Below are positions 20,891 through 34,396 of a stretch of 64,000 nucleotides of DNA, in pieces. This DNA is from an uncultured bacterium. Its GTDB lineage: Bacteria; Nitrospirota; JACRHL01. Location of the stretch: the NCBI GenBank assembly GCA_965371175.1, contig CBDUXI010000005.1, positions 14,548 to 78,547 of the forward strand. Reading direction: 5' to 3'. Made by a program: the position numbers and the translations under genes. A model generated the notes under the pieces. That model saw only the letters and a program-made list of their open reading frames with translations, ran no database searches and was not told the origin of the DNA. Each line of letters begins with the position of its first letter. Positions within the stretch are counted from its first letter, which is position 1.

Positions 20891-21703
20891 TCAAAAGTGG
20901 CGATGCTCTCCCATGATGGTGTCGAGCCCGACAAAGCTGAGCATGACACCGACGAACCCGAAAATGGCGAGGTATGCGGCCCGTTTGGCACGCCAGCCGA
21001 ACCAGAACCGGCCAATGACCACCAGCAGATAAAACCCCCAGATGAGTGCCGAAAGGCTTTGCTTGGGGGTCCAGTCCCAAAAACTTCCCCACACATAATT
21101 GGCCCCCACCGAACCTGCAATCAGGCCCAGCGTGGTCAGGGAAAAGCCCACCAGAATGCCTTTGGCGATCAGGCTGTCGCAGGTGTCCAGCGGCGGCAGA
21201 TGGTGATACAGACTGTTGAACTGCTTGCTCTTGAGCAGGTTCATCTGGATCAGGTACATCATCCCCGCGGCAAACGACAGGCAGAACGCCACCCAGCCCA
21301 GCATCATGAGTGAAGTATGCACCGTCAGCCCCAGCCCCTGCAGGGACGGGTCGATGGGTTCGGCGTATTCGCGCAAAAAAGCCGAGGCCAGGGTGGACAA
21401 AAACGCCATGGGCACCACAAATGCGCCCAGCACGTGGGACTTGTAGCGGAAATCGAGGGACAGGAACACCAGCACCAGCCCCCAACTGAAGAACGACGCT
21501 GCCTCAAACGGGTTGGTGACCGGGAACCCACCCACCTCGCCCCAGCGGATCACCAGCGCCACGGTGTGGAAGAAAAACCCGAGCAGGGTGCCGATCAGGC
21601 ACGCGCGGGTCAGGTGTTCACGGCGACTGGCAAGGTACACCATAAACAGCACGGCCACCACCAGATAGGCGGTCATTGCCAGTTCGAAAAAAAGGACGTT
21701 CAC
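20891..21703 (-). CDS. Cytochrome c assembly protein, CcsA/HemX-like
   Basis: 270-aa polytopic membrane protein with the Trp-rich box VWGSFWDWTPKQ. It lies directly upstream of hemA, as hemX does in hemAXCDBL-type clusters. Confidence 0.7.
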   Translation of the reverse strand: MNVLFFELAMTAYLVVAVLFMVYLASRREHLTRACLIGTLLGFFFHTVALVIRWGEVGGFPVTNPFEAASFFSWGLVLVFLSLDFRYKSHVLGAFVVPMAFLSTLASAFLREYAEPIDPSLQGLGLTVHTSLMMLGWVAFCLSFAAGMMYLIQMNLLKSKQFNSLYHHLPPLDTCDSLIAKGILVGFSLTTLGLIAGSVGANYVWGSFWDWTPKQSLSALIWGFYLLVVIGRFWFGWRAKRAAYLAIFGFVGVMLSFVGLDTIMGEHRHF

Positions 21704-21949
21704 TGTCGCTTGCTACCTGAAGTGTTAGTCAATAAACTACTGTCCCGATCGTAAAGCATGGCTTGGGCAGACCGAGGGTTGTGGAACGGCCTGTGGCGAC
21801 AGGTCACGGCGGTTTGCCGTAATTTCCCGCTGCCTAAAACAGCCTAGTGTATGAATCAGCGGCCTTAAGGGTCAAGCGGTTGAGCACTTTGGCGCAAGTG
21901 ACGGCCCGTATAAAAACAGTCCGGTGGAATTTTTTTGGGAGAGGGATTC

Positions 21950-23164
21950 ATGGAATCTATGCAGGCGTTACAGGGGGGCACCGATGTGCTGTTCCTGATG
22001 CTGGGAGCGATCATGGTGCTGGCCATGCACGGCGGGTTTGCCTTTCTGGAGGTGGGCACGGTGCGGTACAAGAACCAGGTCAACGCCCTGGTGAAGATTA
22101 TCTCCGACTGGGCGGTTTCCACCGTGGTGTACCTGTTTGTCGGCTATCAGGTGGCGTACGGGGTGGGTTTTATGGCCCCCGCGGCGGACCTGCTGGGCAA
22201 CAACATGGGGTACGACCTGGTGAAGTTCTTCTTCCTGCTGGCGTTTGCCGCAGCGATTCCCGCCATTATTTCGGGGGGCATTGCCGAGCGCGCCAGGTTC
22301 TGGCCGCAAGTGCTGTGCGCGGCCCTTACGGTGGCGCTTGTCTACCCGTTTTTTGAATCGCTCAGTTGGGGCCAGAACGGCGCGTTTCAAGGCTGGTTGA
22401 CCGAAACCACCGGTTTCGGATTTCATGATTTTGCCGGCTCCGTCGTGGTGCATGCGGTGGGCGGCTGGATTGCCCTTGCCGCCGTGGTGGTGCTGGGCGC
22501 CCGCCGGGGACGGTACGGGACGGACGGCCGGTCCACCCCGTTCCCCCCCAGTAGTATTCCGTTTCTGGCACTGGGCTCGTGGATGCTGATTGTGGGCTGG
22601 TTCGGCTTTAACGTGATGAGCGCCCAGGCGGTGACCGGCATTTCCGGGCTGGTGGCGATGAACTCGTTGATGGCCATGGTGGGTGGCATTCTGGCGGCGC
22701 TGGTGATGAGTAAGGCCGACCCCGGCTTTGTGCACAACGGGGCGCTGGCCGGGCTGGTGGCCATTTGCGCCGGCTCGGACCTGGTTCACCCCATTGGCGC
22801 GCTGGCCATTGGCGCCATTGGCGGGGCCCTGTTCGTCTACATGTTCCACTTCACCCAGGAAAAACTGCGGGTGGACGATGTGCTGGGGGTCTGGCCCCTG
22901 CACGGCATTGCCGGGGCGTGGGGCGGTATTGCCTGCGGCCTCTTTGGCCTGGAGGCCATGGGGGGGCTGGGCGGGGTGAGCATCATGGCGCAGTTGATCG
23001 GCACCGTGACCGGGGTGCTGGTGGCGCTGGTCGGCGGCTTTGTCATCTACAAGGTTGTGGATATGACCATTGGCCTGCGGCTTTCCGAGGAGGACGAGCA
23101 CCGGGGGGCAGACCTGGCCATTCACAACATTGGCGCCAACCCGGAGGCCACCCAGAGACCGTAG
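21950..23164 (+). CDS. amtB: Ammonium transporter
   Basis: The motif FHDFAGSVVVHAVGGW is present, and the protein is multi-TM. The ATG at 21950 is preceded by gagaggg. Confidence 0.92.
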   Translation: MESMQALQGGTDVLFLMLGAIMVLAMHGGFAFLEVGTVRYKNQVNALVKIISDWAVSTVVYLFVGYQVAYGVGFMAPAADLLGNNMGYDLVKFFFLLAFAAAIPAIISGGIAERARFWPQVLCAALTVALVYPFFESLSWGQNGAFQGWLTETTGFGFHDFAGSVVVHAVGGWIALAAVVVLGARRGRYGTDGRSTPFPPSSIPFLALGSWMLIVGWFGFNVMSAQAVTGISGLVAMNSLMAMVGGILAALVMSKADPGFVHNGALAGLVAICAGSDLVHPIGALAIGAIGGALFVYMFHFTQEKLRVDDVLGVWPLHGIAGAWGGIACGLFGLEAMGGLGGVSIMAQLIGTVTGVLVALVGGFVIYKVVDMTIGLRLSEEDEHRGADLAIHNIGANPEATQRP

Positions 23165-23282
23165 CCTGCGGGCCGTAGACCCTCAGGGGGTGATATTGAA
23201 TTGCACGGACGTCGTGGACGGGTTGGCCCCCGCGTCCCGCGCCGTTAACAGGCTCAAGGATTAACAGGAAGGATAACTGGCG

Positions 23283-23621
23283 ATGAAACTGATAATTGCC
23301 ATCATCAAGCCGTACAAGCTGGACGAGGTAAAAGGGGCGCTCAACGATGTGGGCGTGACCGGCCTGACCGTGTCCGAGGTCAAAGGGCACGGGCGTCAGA
23401 AGGGGCACAAGGAGATGTACCGCGGGGCGGAGTACTTCGTGGACTTTGTCGCCAAGGTACAGATCATGATCGCGGTACCCGACGACCTGGCTGATGCTGC
23501 GGTCGACGCCGTCCGCAAGAGCGCGGTCACCGGCGAGATTGGCGACGGCAAGCTGTTCGTGCTGGAGCTGTCCGAAGCGGTACGTATTCGCACCGGCGAA
23601 ACCGGCGAAGAGGCACTGTAA
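23283..23621 (+). CDS. glnK: Nitrogen regulatory protein P-II
   Basis: 112 aa. MKLIIAIIKPYKLDEVKGAL and the T-loop GRQKGHKEMYRGAEY are present. It is adjacent to amt. Confidence 0.95.
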   Translation: MKLIIAIIKPYKLDEVKGALNDVGVTGLTVSEVKGHGRQKGHKEMYRGAEYFVDFVAKVQIMIAVPDDLADAAVDAVRKSAVTGEIGDGKLFVLELSEAVRIRTGETGEEAL

Positions 23622-23650
23622 CCGGCGCCTCTGCACCGGCTGATCAAACC

Positions 23651-24766
23651 ATGAGCTTTGCTGTCATAAGGGAATGGATTGCCGTGGAAGGCGCGTGGGG
23701 GTGGATTGCCCAGGCGTTCGTGGTGGTGTTTGTGGCGCTGACCCTGGATTTTGTCCAGCGCATGGCTCTGCGCCGTCTGCACCGGAAACTTACCGCCACC
23801 GACAACCCATGGGACGACGCCCTGGTGGAGGCGCTGGCCAAACCGCTTTCCCTGCTCATCTGGGTGGTGGGCATTTCCTTTGCCGCTGAAATCGTCGCCC
23901 GTGCGTCCGACGCACCGATCTTTGCCGCGGTGGGGCCGTTGCGCGACATTGGCGTGATTGTGGCGCTCACCTGGTTTTTGATCCGCGTGGTGCGGCGCAT
24001 CGAGCACAATATTATTGCCACCCGTAAACAGGCCGATCAGGCTGTGGACCAGACCTCGGTGCATGCCTTGGGAAGGCTGTTGCGCGCCTCCATCATCATC
24101 ACCGCCGTACTGGTGGCGTTGCAGACGATGGGGTACAGCGTGTCCGGGGTGCTGGCGTTCGGTGGGATTGGCGGCATCGCCATAGGGTTTGCCGCCAAGG
24201 ATTTGCTGGCCAACTTTTTTGGCGGCCTGATGATTTACATGGACCGGCCGTTTTCGGTGGGAGACTGGGTGCGCTCGCCGGATCGGGAGATCGAAGGCAC
24301 GGTGGAAGAGATCGGCTGGCGGCTCACCCGCATCCGCACCTTCGACAAAAGGCCGCTGTACGTCCCCAACTCTGTCTTTGCCACCATTGCCCTGCAAAAT
24401 CCGTCGCGTATGAGCCACCGGCGCATTTACGAAACCATCGGCATCCGCTATGACGATGCCGACAAGATGCCGGTGATCACCCGCGACGTAAAAGCCATGC
24501 TGGAAGGCCATGCCGACATCGCCACCGATCAGACGCTGATGGTGAACTTCAACAGCTTTGGCCCCAGTTCCATCGACTTTTTTGTCTATACGTTTACCCG
24601 TACCACCAATTGGGCCGAGTATCACGAGGTGAAGCAGAACGTGCTGCTCAAAATCCACGACATCATCGCCGGGCACAAGGCCGAAATCGCCTTCCCCACT
24701 ACCACGGTGCATGTGCCGGATGTGGTGCGGCTGAAAGAGATGCAGGCCGGCGGCAAGTCAAAATAA
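23651..24766 (+). CDS. Mechanosensitive ion channel, MscS family
   Basis: 371 aa with N-terminal TM helices and an MscS beta-domain (FSVGDWVRSPDREIEGTVEEIGWRLTRIRTFDKRPLYVPNS). Confidence 0.85.
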   Translation: MSFAVIREWIAVEGAWGWIAQAFVVVFVALTLDFVQRMALRRLHRKLTATDNPWDDALVEALAKPLSLLIWVVGISFAAEIVARASDAPIFAAVGPLRDIGVIVALTWFLIRVVRRIEHNIIATRKQADQAVDQTSVHALGRLLRASIIITAVLVALQTMGYSVSGVLAFGGIGGIAIGFAAKDLLANFFGGLMIYMDRPFSVGDWVRSPDREIEGTVEEIGWRLTRIRTFDKRPLYVPNSVFATIALQNPSRMSHRRIYETIGIRYDDADKMPVITRDVKAMLEGHADIATDQTLMVNFNSFGPSSIDFFVYTFTRTTNWAEYHEVKQNVLLKIHDIIAGHKAEIAFPTTTVHVPDVVRLKEMQAGGKSK

Positions 24767-24794
24767 CCGCAGAGGCCGCCGTATATGGCCGGGT

Positions 24795-26204
24795 TCAGAT
24801 TTCGGTATAGACCGGGCGGGCGGGGATGTTGAGCTGGTCCATCTTGTATTTGAGCACCCGCCGGGTAACCCCCAGCATGTTGGCGGCGCGGGTCTGTACG
24901 AAGCCGGTTTCGTTCAAGGCCCGCAGGATGATCTCGCGCTCAAATCCAGCCACCGCCGCATCAAAGGTGACCTTTCCGGTCATCACTTCCTCGCTGACCT
25001 TGGGTGTCTTGGGGCTCTTTCTGATATGTCCGGGCAGGTCTGCCGCACCAATTACATCGCCCGCAGTGAGAATCATGAGCTGCTCCAGCACGTTTTCCAT
25101 CTCGCGGATATTTCCCGGCCAGTGGTAGGCGGTAATCAGGTCCGCAGCTTCTCTGGAGATACGCTTGGGCGTCTGCCCCGACGGGGCCTTGGTCGACAGA
25201 AAATGTTCTGCAATGGGCAGGATGTCTTCCGTTCGATCCCGTAGCGGAGGCAGTTCGACGGGCACCACGTTCAGGCGGTAGTATAGATCTTCCCGGAAGG
25301 TGCCTGCGGCGATGGCCTCTTCCAGATTTTTGTTGGTGGCCGCAATCAGGCGCACATCCACCTGGATGGGGCGTGAGCCGCCCACGCGGACAAACTCGCG
25401 CTCCTGTAGCACCCGCAGAATTTTGGCCTGGGTGGCCAGGGACAAATCGCCCAGCTCATCCAGAAACAGGGTGCCGTTATCGGCCAGTTCAAAGTGGCCG
25501 ATGCGCTTGCCGGTGGCGGAAGTGAACGCCCCTTTTTCGTGCCCGAACAGCTCGGTCTCGATCAGGTTATCGGGAATGGCCGCACAGTTGAGCGCGATAA
25601 ACGCCCGGTCCTTGCGGCAGCTGCCCATGTGCAGGGCGCGGGCCACCAGTTCCTTGCCGGTGCCCGACTCGCCGGTGATAAGCACCGTGGAGGGGGTGTC
25701 CGCCACCTGATGAATGCGCTGGAAAACGTCGAGCATCAGGGGCGAGTTGCCGATCATGTGGCAATCGTTGTTGCTCTTTCTTGCCGCCTGCCGGTGATAC
25801 TGCACTTCGTTGTACAGCTCGCTGGTGGTGATGGTGCGGGCGATCACGTGCTTGAGTTCCACCACCTCGAACGGTTTGGCCAGATAGTCGGCGGCCCCCA
25901 GTTTCATGGCTGCCACTGCCGTCTGGTACGACGTGGTGGCGGTCAGCACCACCACCGAAACATGGGTATCCCGCTTGCGGATCTCTGCCAGCGCCTCCAT
26001 GCCGGACATGCCGGGCATCATCAGATCAAGCAGAATCAGCTTGGGGTGATGTGCTTTAAGCAGCTCCAGACATTCCTCCCCGCAGGTGGCCTGAACCACC
26101 TCGTATTCGTCCGAAAGGACGTCGAACAACACCTCCCTCACGGTGGCATCGTCATCGACAATCAGGATGGTTTTCTTTACGGGCAGCTGTGTCTGATTTT
26201 CCAT
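24795..26204 (-). CDS. Sigma-54-dependent response regulator (REC - AAA+ - Fis HTH)
   Basis: REC motifs are [10 protein letters not shown] and [16 protein letters not shown]+ motifs are GESGTGKE and GAFTSA. The HTH is [19 protein letters not shown]. Confidence 0.9.
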   Translation of the reverse strand: MENQTQLPVKKTILIVDDDATVREVLFDVLSDEYEVVQATCGEECLELLKAHHPKLILLDLMMPGMSGMEALAEIRKRDTHVSVVVLTATTSYQTAVAAMKLGAADYLAKPFEVVELKHVIARTITTSELYNEVQYHRQAARKSNNDCHMIGNSPLMLDVFQRIHQVADTPSTVLITGESGTGKELVARALHMGSCRKDRAFIALNCAAIPDNLIETELFGHEKGAFTSATGKRIGHFELADNGTLFLDELGDLSLATQAKILRVLQEREFVRVGGSRPIQVDVRLIAATNKNLEEAIAAGTFREDLYYRLNVVPVELPPLRDRTEDILPIAEHFLSTKAPSGQTPKRISREAADLITAYHWPGNIREMENVLEQLMILTAGDVIGAADLPGHIRKSPKTPKVSEEVMTGKVTFDAAVAGFEREIILRALNETGFVQTRAANMLGVTRRVLKYKMDQLNIPARPVYTEI

Positions 26205-26478
26205 AGGCGCTATACGCGGGCATATCGGGCCGAACTTGCGGCTTTTTCCGAACCCGGTCCTTCCTGGACCTCAAAATCCAATAATCGTTTCCTGATTTAT
26301 CGGGTGTCCGGGGGGGATAGTTTAGGCAAACAAGGGGGACTGGACGCCCTTAAATGACCAAAGTGTGCACAAATAGCTGACAGTTAAAGGGGATGCGCCG
26401 AAATAAAATTTAATGATCATTCGGGCGGGAGGGCCGGGCTCTGGCCGGGTGGGGCGGGTTAGAGCCTGTTAACAGGCC

Positions 26479-28032
26479 CTAGTCGGTGTTCAGGCCGTAA
26501 TCGCGGATTTTGTACAGCAGGGCCTTGTAGCTGATATCCAGGATCTTGGCGGCCTTGCGGCGGTTCCAGCGAGTGTAGTTGAGTACCCTCAAAATTGCCT
26601 CGCGCTCTGCCACGCCGGCGGCGTGCTTGCCGATTTCCTTTAACGGCAGGTGGCCTTCGGCCAGCCCCTGTTCGATGGTGGCAAGCAGGGTGCTGTGTTC
26701 GTCCGTGGGTGCTGCGGGGGCCGTGGGAGGCATGCCTCCGACCGGGGGGGCGGCTGCAGGTGTGGGAGCAGGCGGCAGCGGTGCCTGCGGCGTCTGCATG
26801 GGGCCGCCGAGGGCGGTGGGCGAAGGCGGCAGGTCGGATGTGGGCGCAATACCCACCGGGTGCATGGAGCGGAACTGTTCAAACTTTTGCAGTACCGCCC
26901 GTTCGTTGCCCAGCACCACAATCTGCTTGATCATGTTTTCCAGCTCCCGGATGTTACCGGGCCACGGATAGGTCATGAAGCAGTCCATGGTGGCTTGGGA
27001 CAGGTGCGGAAAATCTCTTTTGTACTGGCGGCTGAACTTGTCGATAAAGAAGTCGCATAAAAACGACACCTCTTCCATGCGGTCGCGCAGGGGCGGCAGG
27101 GTGATGCTGACCACGTTCAGGCGGTAGAACAGGTCCTCTCTAAAGCCGCCGGACTTGGCCAGCATTTCCAGATCGCGGTTGGTTGCGGCGATGATGCGCA
27201 CGTCCACCCGCACGTCCTGCTCGCCGCCCAAGCGCACGAACTCGCCGTCTTGCAGCACTTGCAACAGTTTGGACTGGAGGGTGAGCGGCACCTCGCCGAT
27301 TTCGTCCAGGAAAATGGTGCCGTGGTGGGCAATTTCAAATTTGCCGGGCTTTCTGCGGTGGGCACCGGTAAATGCGCCGCGCTCGTAGCCAAACAGTTCG
27401 CTCTCCAGCAGCCCTTCCGGCAGCGCCGCGCACAGTACCTTCACAAACGGCTTGTCATGCCGGAGCGAACGCTGGAACAGGATGCGGCTGATGAGCTCCT
27501 TACCGGTACCGGATTCGCCGCGCACCAGCACGGTAATGTTGGTGGCGGCCACCTGATCGACCATATCCATCACGTCGCGCATACCGGCGCTGTGGCACAG
27601 CATGGTGCCGTAATCGCCCAGATCGGCCACCTGACCGACGACGGCTGGCGCGATGGATTTTTCGGTGGTGGTCACCTTGCCGATGACCTCGCGCAAATCG
27701 TCCGCTACAATGGGTCCCTTGATGGTGGCGGTGGCGCGGCCTTTTAGTGTGGGGGCGGTTTTTTTCTTTTTGGACAGGAAGATCACCGGCAACTCCCGGG
27801 CCACTTCCTGCATGCGGTCGATGATGGAATACCCTTCGGCCTCCTGGGCCTCCAGATCGAGAATCAGTACATCCGGGTGCTGGGCTTCAATCTGGGCCAG
27901 CGCATCGGCGGCATCGGCCGCGTTGAGCAGTTCCAGCCCCATCTCCACCACCACAGGCGTCAGCTGCTTGAGGCTGGATGAGTTAATATCGAGCGTCAGA
28001 ATCTTCACTGGAGAGGTTTGCCCTGTTACCAT
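26479..28032 (-). CDS. Sigma-54-dependent transcriptional activator with receiver-like N-domain and Pro/Ala-rich linker
   Basis: Motifs are GESGTGKE and GAFTGA, with HTH AAKILDISYKALLYKIRDYGL. Trimmed to the ATG at 28032 (MVTGQTSPVKIL). Confidence 0.85.
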   Translation of the reverse strand: MVTGQTSPVKILTLDINSSSLKQLTPVVVEMGLELLNAADAADALAQIEAQHPDVLILDLEAQEAEGYSIIDRMQEVARELPVIFLSKKKKTAPTLKGRATATIKGPIVADDLREVIGKVTTTEKSIAPAVVGQVADLGDYGTMLCHSAGMRDVMDMVDQVAATNITVLVRGESGTGKELISRILFQRSLRHDKPFVKVLCAALPEGLLESELFGYERGAFTGAHRRKPGKFEIAHHGTIFLDEIGEVPLTLQSKLLQVLQDGEFVRLGGEQDVRVDVRIIAATNRDLEMLAKSGGFREDLFYRLNVVSITLPPLRDRMEEVSFLCDFFIDKFSRQYKRDFPHLSQATMDCFMTYPWPGNIRELENMIKQIVVLGNERAVLQKFEQFRSMHPVGIAPTSDLPPSPTALGGPMQTPQAPLPPAPTPAAAPPVGGMPPTAPAAPTDEHSTLLATIEQGLAEGHLPLKEIGKHAAGVAEREAILRVLNYTRWNRRKAAKILDISYKALLYKIRDYGLNTD

Positions 28033-28219
28033 CGGATTCCGTTCAATATAGGTACTCGTGGTCCGGCCAGTCCGGTCCGGTGCCCACGGCACGCAAGACT
28101 AGGCCCGGTTTCACTATTCGTATCGGTTTCCAAGAGTGAATCTTAAGTTCGATTGTATAACCTATTTTTCCTATTCCCAACAAATAACTGTGCGCGAAAC
28201 GTTCGTTTTATGACGATAA

Positions 28220-31965
<3,746 letters not shown>

Positions 31966-31993
31966 CTCCCCGAACGACCGGTTTGTTGGCGAA

Positions 31994-32049
31994 GGGGGCG
32001 ATGGGTTTCGGGGGAGGGGGCGGGGTGGAGCTTTTGGTTTTGGGGTGGG
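31994..32049 (+). other. Dense G-run cluster (G-quadruplex-type motif) in the rimO / hsdM spacer
   Basis: GGGGGcgatGGGtttcGGGGGaGGGGGcGGGGtGGagcttttGGttttGGGGtGGG. This is seven runs of three or more G on the plus strand within 56 nt. Confidence 0.7.
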
Positions 32050-32188
32050 ATGTGTACCATTCGGGGCATGGGCAGACACCTGACGGAAGGACACACCTCC
32101 CGTGTCGTAGAGCGCATGACCTCTAACCTATTTGCAGAGCTTTAGTTCTCCCGTACTAGCAAAGCCTTCTATTTTCACCGGAACCAAA

Positions 32189-34396
32189 ATGAGCACGAAG
32201 AAAGCACTCACCGTCGAACGCAAAGGTGGAAAAATTTATAGCCATGTGCGTAGAAAGTGGCTTCACGAAACACCTGAAGAGACCGTTCGTCGGGAATACC
32301 TATGCGTCCTAGTTAATGAATACGGTTTCAGCCTAGACCAAATTGACGAAGAGCTTGAAGTCACCGGACGGGGCTCTGGGAACGCCCGAGCCGATCTCGT
32401 CATCTGGCGCACAGAAAAGGACAAAGCCGAATCAAAAAATCCGATTATCATCGTTGAGTGCAAGTCGGATAGCGTCACGATCAAGCCTGACGACTACGGC
32501 CAGGGTGATAACTACTCTCGCCTCGCAGGAGCCCGCTTCTTTGTCACCCACAATAGCCGCGAGACGAAGTACTGGCGTGTGGTGCACGATAAAATGCCAA
32601 AATCTCTGGAGGAAATCAGTAATATCCCCCACGCTGACGCAAGCGACAAGGAAATTGAAAAACTCATCTCCGAACTCAAGGTTTTCAAGGAAGAAGAGTT
32701 TGCGGACCTGCTTCATAAATGCCATAACGTCATTCGAAACCGCGAAAAGCTCGACCCAGCCGCCGCTTTTGATGAAATCGCAAAAATCCTATTCGTGAAA
32801 GTCTTTGTAGAGCGCGAACTTAGCGCGAAACGCCAACGTGAAAACCTCTTCAATACCAAATATCTTGATAGCCAGCTCAGCAAACACCCACTTAACTTGC
32901 TCTTCACGAACACCAAGGAAGCCTACGAAGATGACAAGATTTTTGAGCCTGGTGAGGAAATCCGACTAAGGCCGGCCACTGGAAGGGAAATTGTCAAGCT
33001 ACTGGAACGCTACAACCTTTCTGACACCAGTGAGGACATCAAAGGCATTGCCTTCGAGCGCTTCCTGGGTCGCACTTTCCGAGGTGAGATAGGACAATTC
33101 TTCACTCCGCGCACAATCGTAGAGTTCATGATTCGCATGATTGATCCCAAGGAAGGTGACATCATTTGTGACCCGGCCAGCGGGTCTGGTGGGTTCCTCA
33201 TCCGATTTTTTGAGATCGTCCGCGAACAGATCCACTCGGAGACCGATGCCGAGTATCGGGAGTTCAAGGCCAAGCTTGAGGCAAAAAAGCTACCTGACAC
33301 AGAGCAAGCGGATGCCCTACGGGAAAAGTTCGCTGAGATTCAAGAGACGCTAAACCAGCGGAAGCGCGGATCACGCTTATGGAATCTCGCCAACCGATGC
33401 ATCTACGGCACCGACGCCAACGACCGCATGGCGCGCACTAGCAAGATGAATATGATCATGCACGGCGACGGCCACGCTGGGGTTCACCACCACGACGGAT
33501 TCCTGAATGTGAACGGAATCTTTGAAGGCCGCTTTGACGTTATTCTCACCAATCCGCCCTTCGGTGCAAACGTCGAACCTTCCGATGTTGTGCATGAATC
33601 AGATGTAATGACCGACCGATCCGCGGAGCGGCGCTACACTGAGGTGTATGGAGACCTTTACACCGAAGCACTTGCGCAGGTACGCGCCACCATAAACAAG
33701 CCTATTGCCAGCCTGTTCACACTGCCTAAGAACAAAAAGAGCAAGGTCAAAACGGAAATCCTCTTTATTGAACGCTGCCTTTCTCTGCTCAAGCCTGGTG
33801 GCCGCCTCGGCATCGTTCTACCTGAGGGCATCTTCAACAATCCCTCCCTCACTTATGTTCGGGAGTTCTGTGAGAATCGCGCCTTCATTCGTTCTGTGGT
33901 CAGCTTGCCGCAGGAGACTTTCTTGTCCTCTGGTGCAAGCGTGAAAGCCTCGTTGCTCTTCCTGCAAAAGTTCTCAATTGATGAGCAGGCCGACTTCGAT
34001 GCCAAGCACGCAAATTCCCATTCCAAGATAAAGGCAAGATACGTCGACGAAATCGCCAATGAAACCCAACGAATGAAGGATGAAATCGCCAGCAGCAGGG
34101 AAGCTCGTGACACTGAGCATCGAAAGGCCCTACAAAAAAAGCTCAAGGACTACGAGAGGCACATGGCTGATACCATCGCCACAGAGACCCGAGCGTTACT
34201 CAAGAGACGGTTCCCGTATCCCACCTTCCTCTATGAGGCTGAGAAAGTTGGCATCTCCGCCACAGGAGAAGCAGATCAAAATGAACTAATCCCGAACAAC
34301 GATCTTCCTGCAAGCGTTGCCAAGAGCTGTCTTGAGCTTTATCAAGAGTTCAGGCTCAATCCGAAGCCCTTTTTCCTTCCGGACGCAGCTCAATGA
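32189..34396 (+). CDS. hsdM: Type I-like N6-adenine DNA methyltransferase (HsdM-like) with N-terminal PD-(D/E)xK (HsdR-N-like) domain
   Basis: The AdoMet motif is ICDPASGSGGFLI and the catalytic motif is ILTNPPFG (NPPF at 33551-33562). The N-terminal ~130 aa carry RADLVIW ... IIIVECK. The ATG at 32189 is preferred to the track's TTG at 32132. Confidence 0.85.
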   Translation: MSTKKALTVERKGGKIYSHVRRKWLHETPEETVRREYLCVLVNEYGFSLDQIDEELEVTGRGSGNARADLVIWRTEKDKAESKNPIIIVECKSDSVTIKPDDYGQGDNYSRLAGARFFVTHNSRETKYWRVVHDKMPKSLEEISNIPHADASDKEIEKLISELKVFKEEEFADLLHKCHNVIRNREKLDPAAAFDEIAKILFVKVFVERELSAKRQRENLFNTKYLDSQLSKHPLNLLFTNTKEAYEDDKIFEPGEEIRLRPATGREIVKLLERYNLSDTSEDIKGIAFERFLGRTFRGEIGQFFTPRTIVEFMIRMIDPKEGDIICDPASGSGGFLIRFFEIVREQIHSETDAEYREFKAKLEAKKLPDTEQADALREKFAEIQETLNQRKRGSRLWNLANRCIYGTDANDRMARTSKMNMIMHGDGHAGVHHHDGFLNVNGIFEGRFDVILTNPPFGANVEPSDVVHESDVMTDRSAERRYTEVYGDLYTEALAQVRATINKPIASLFTLPKNKKSKVKTEILFIERCLSLLKPGGRLGIVLPEGIFNNPSLTYVREFCENRAFIRSVVSLPQETFLSSGASVKASLLFLQKFSIDEQADFDAKHANSHSKIKARYVDEIANETQRMKDEIASSREARDTEHRKALQKKLKDYERHMADTIATETRALLKRRFPYPTFLYEAEKVGISATGEADQNELIPNNDLPASVAKSCLELYQEFRLNPKPFFLPDAAQ

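Noticed and set aside
21704-21949. Expected NtrC/sigma-54 promoter in front of amt-glnK
   Set aside because: No GG-N10-GC arrangement with acceptable flanks was found. The closest strings (TGGCGCAAGTGACGGC and TGGAATTTTTTTGGG) have the GC displaced or missing.
21968-23125. 385-aa ORF antisense to the ammonium transporter. Similar long antisense ORFs lie at 23396-24712, 28208-29296, 38555-39820, 42111-43316 and 47561-48565.
   Set aside because: All lie opposite strongly recognisable genes (amt, mscS, ligA, the SARP regulator, valS and the kinase) and have low-complexity H/G/R/P-rich translations.
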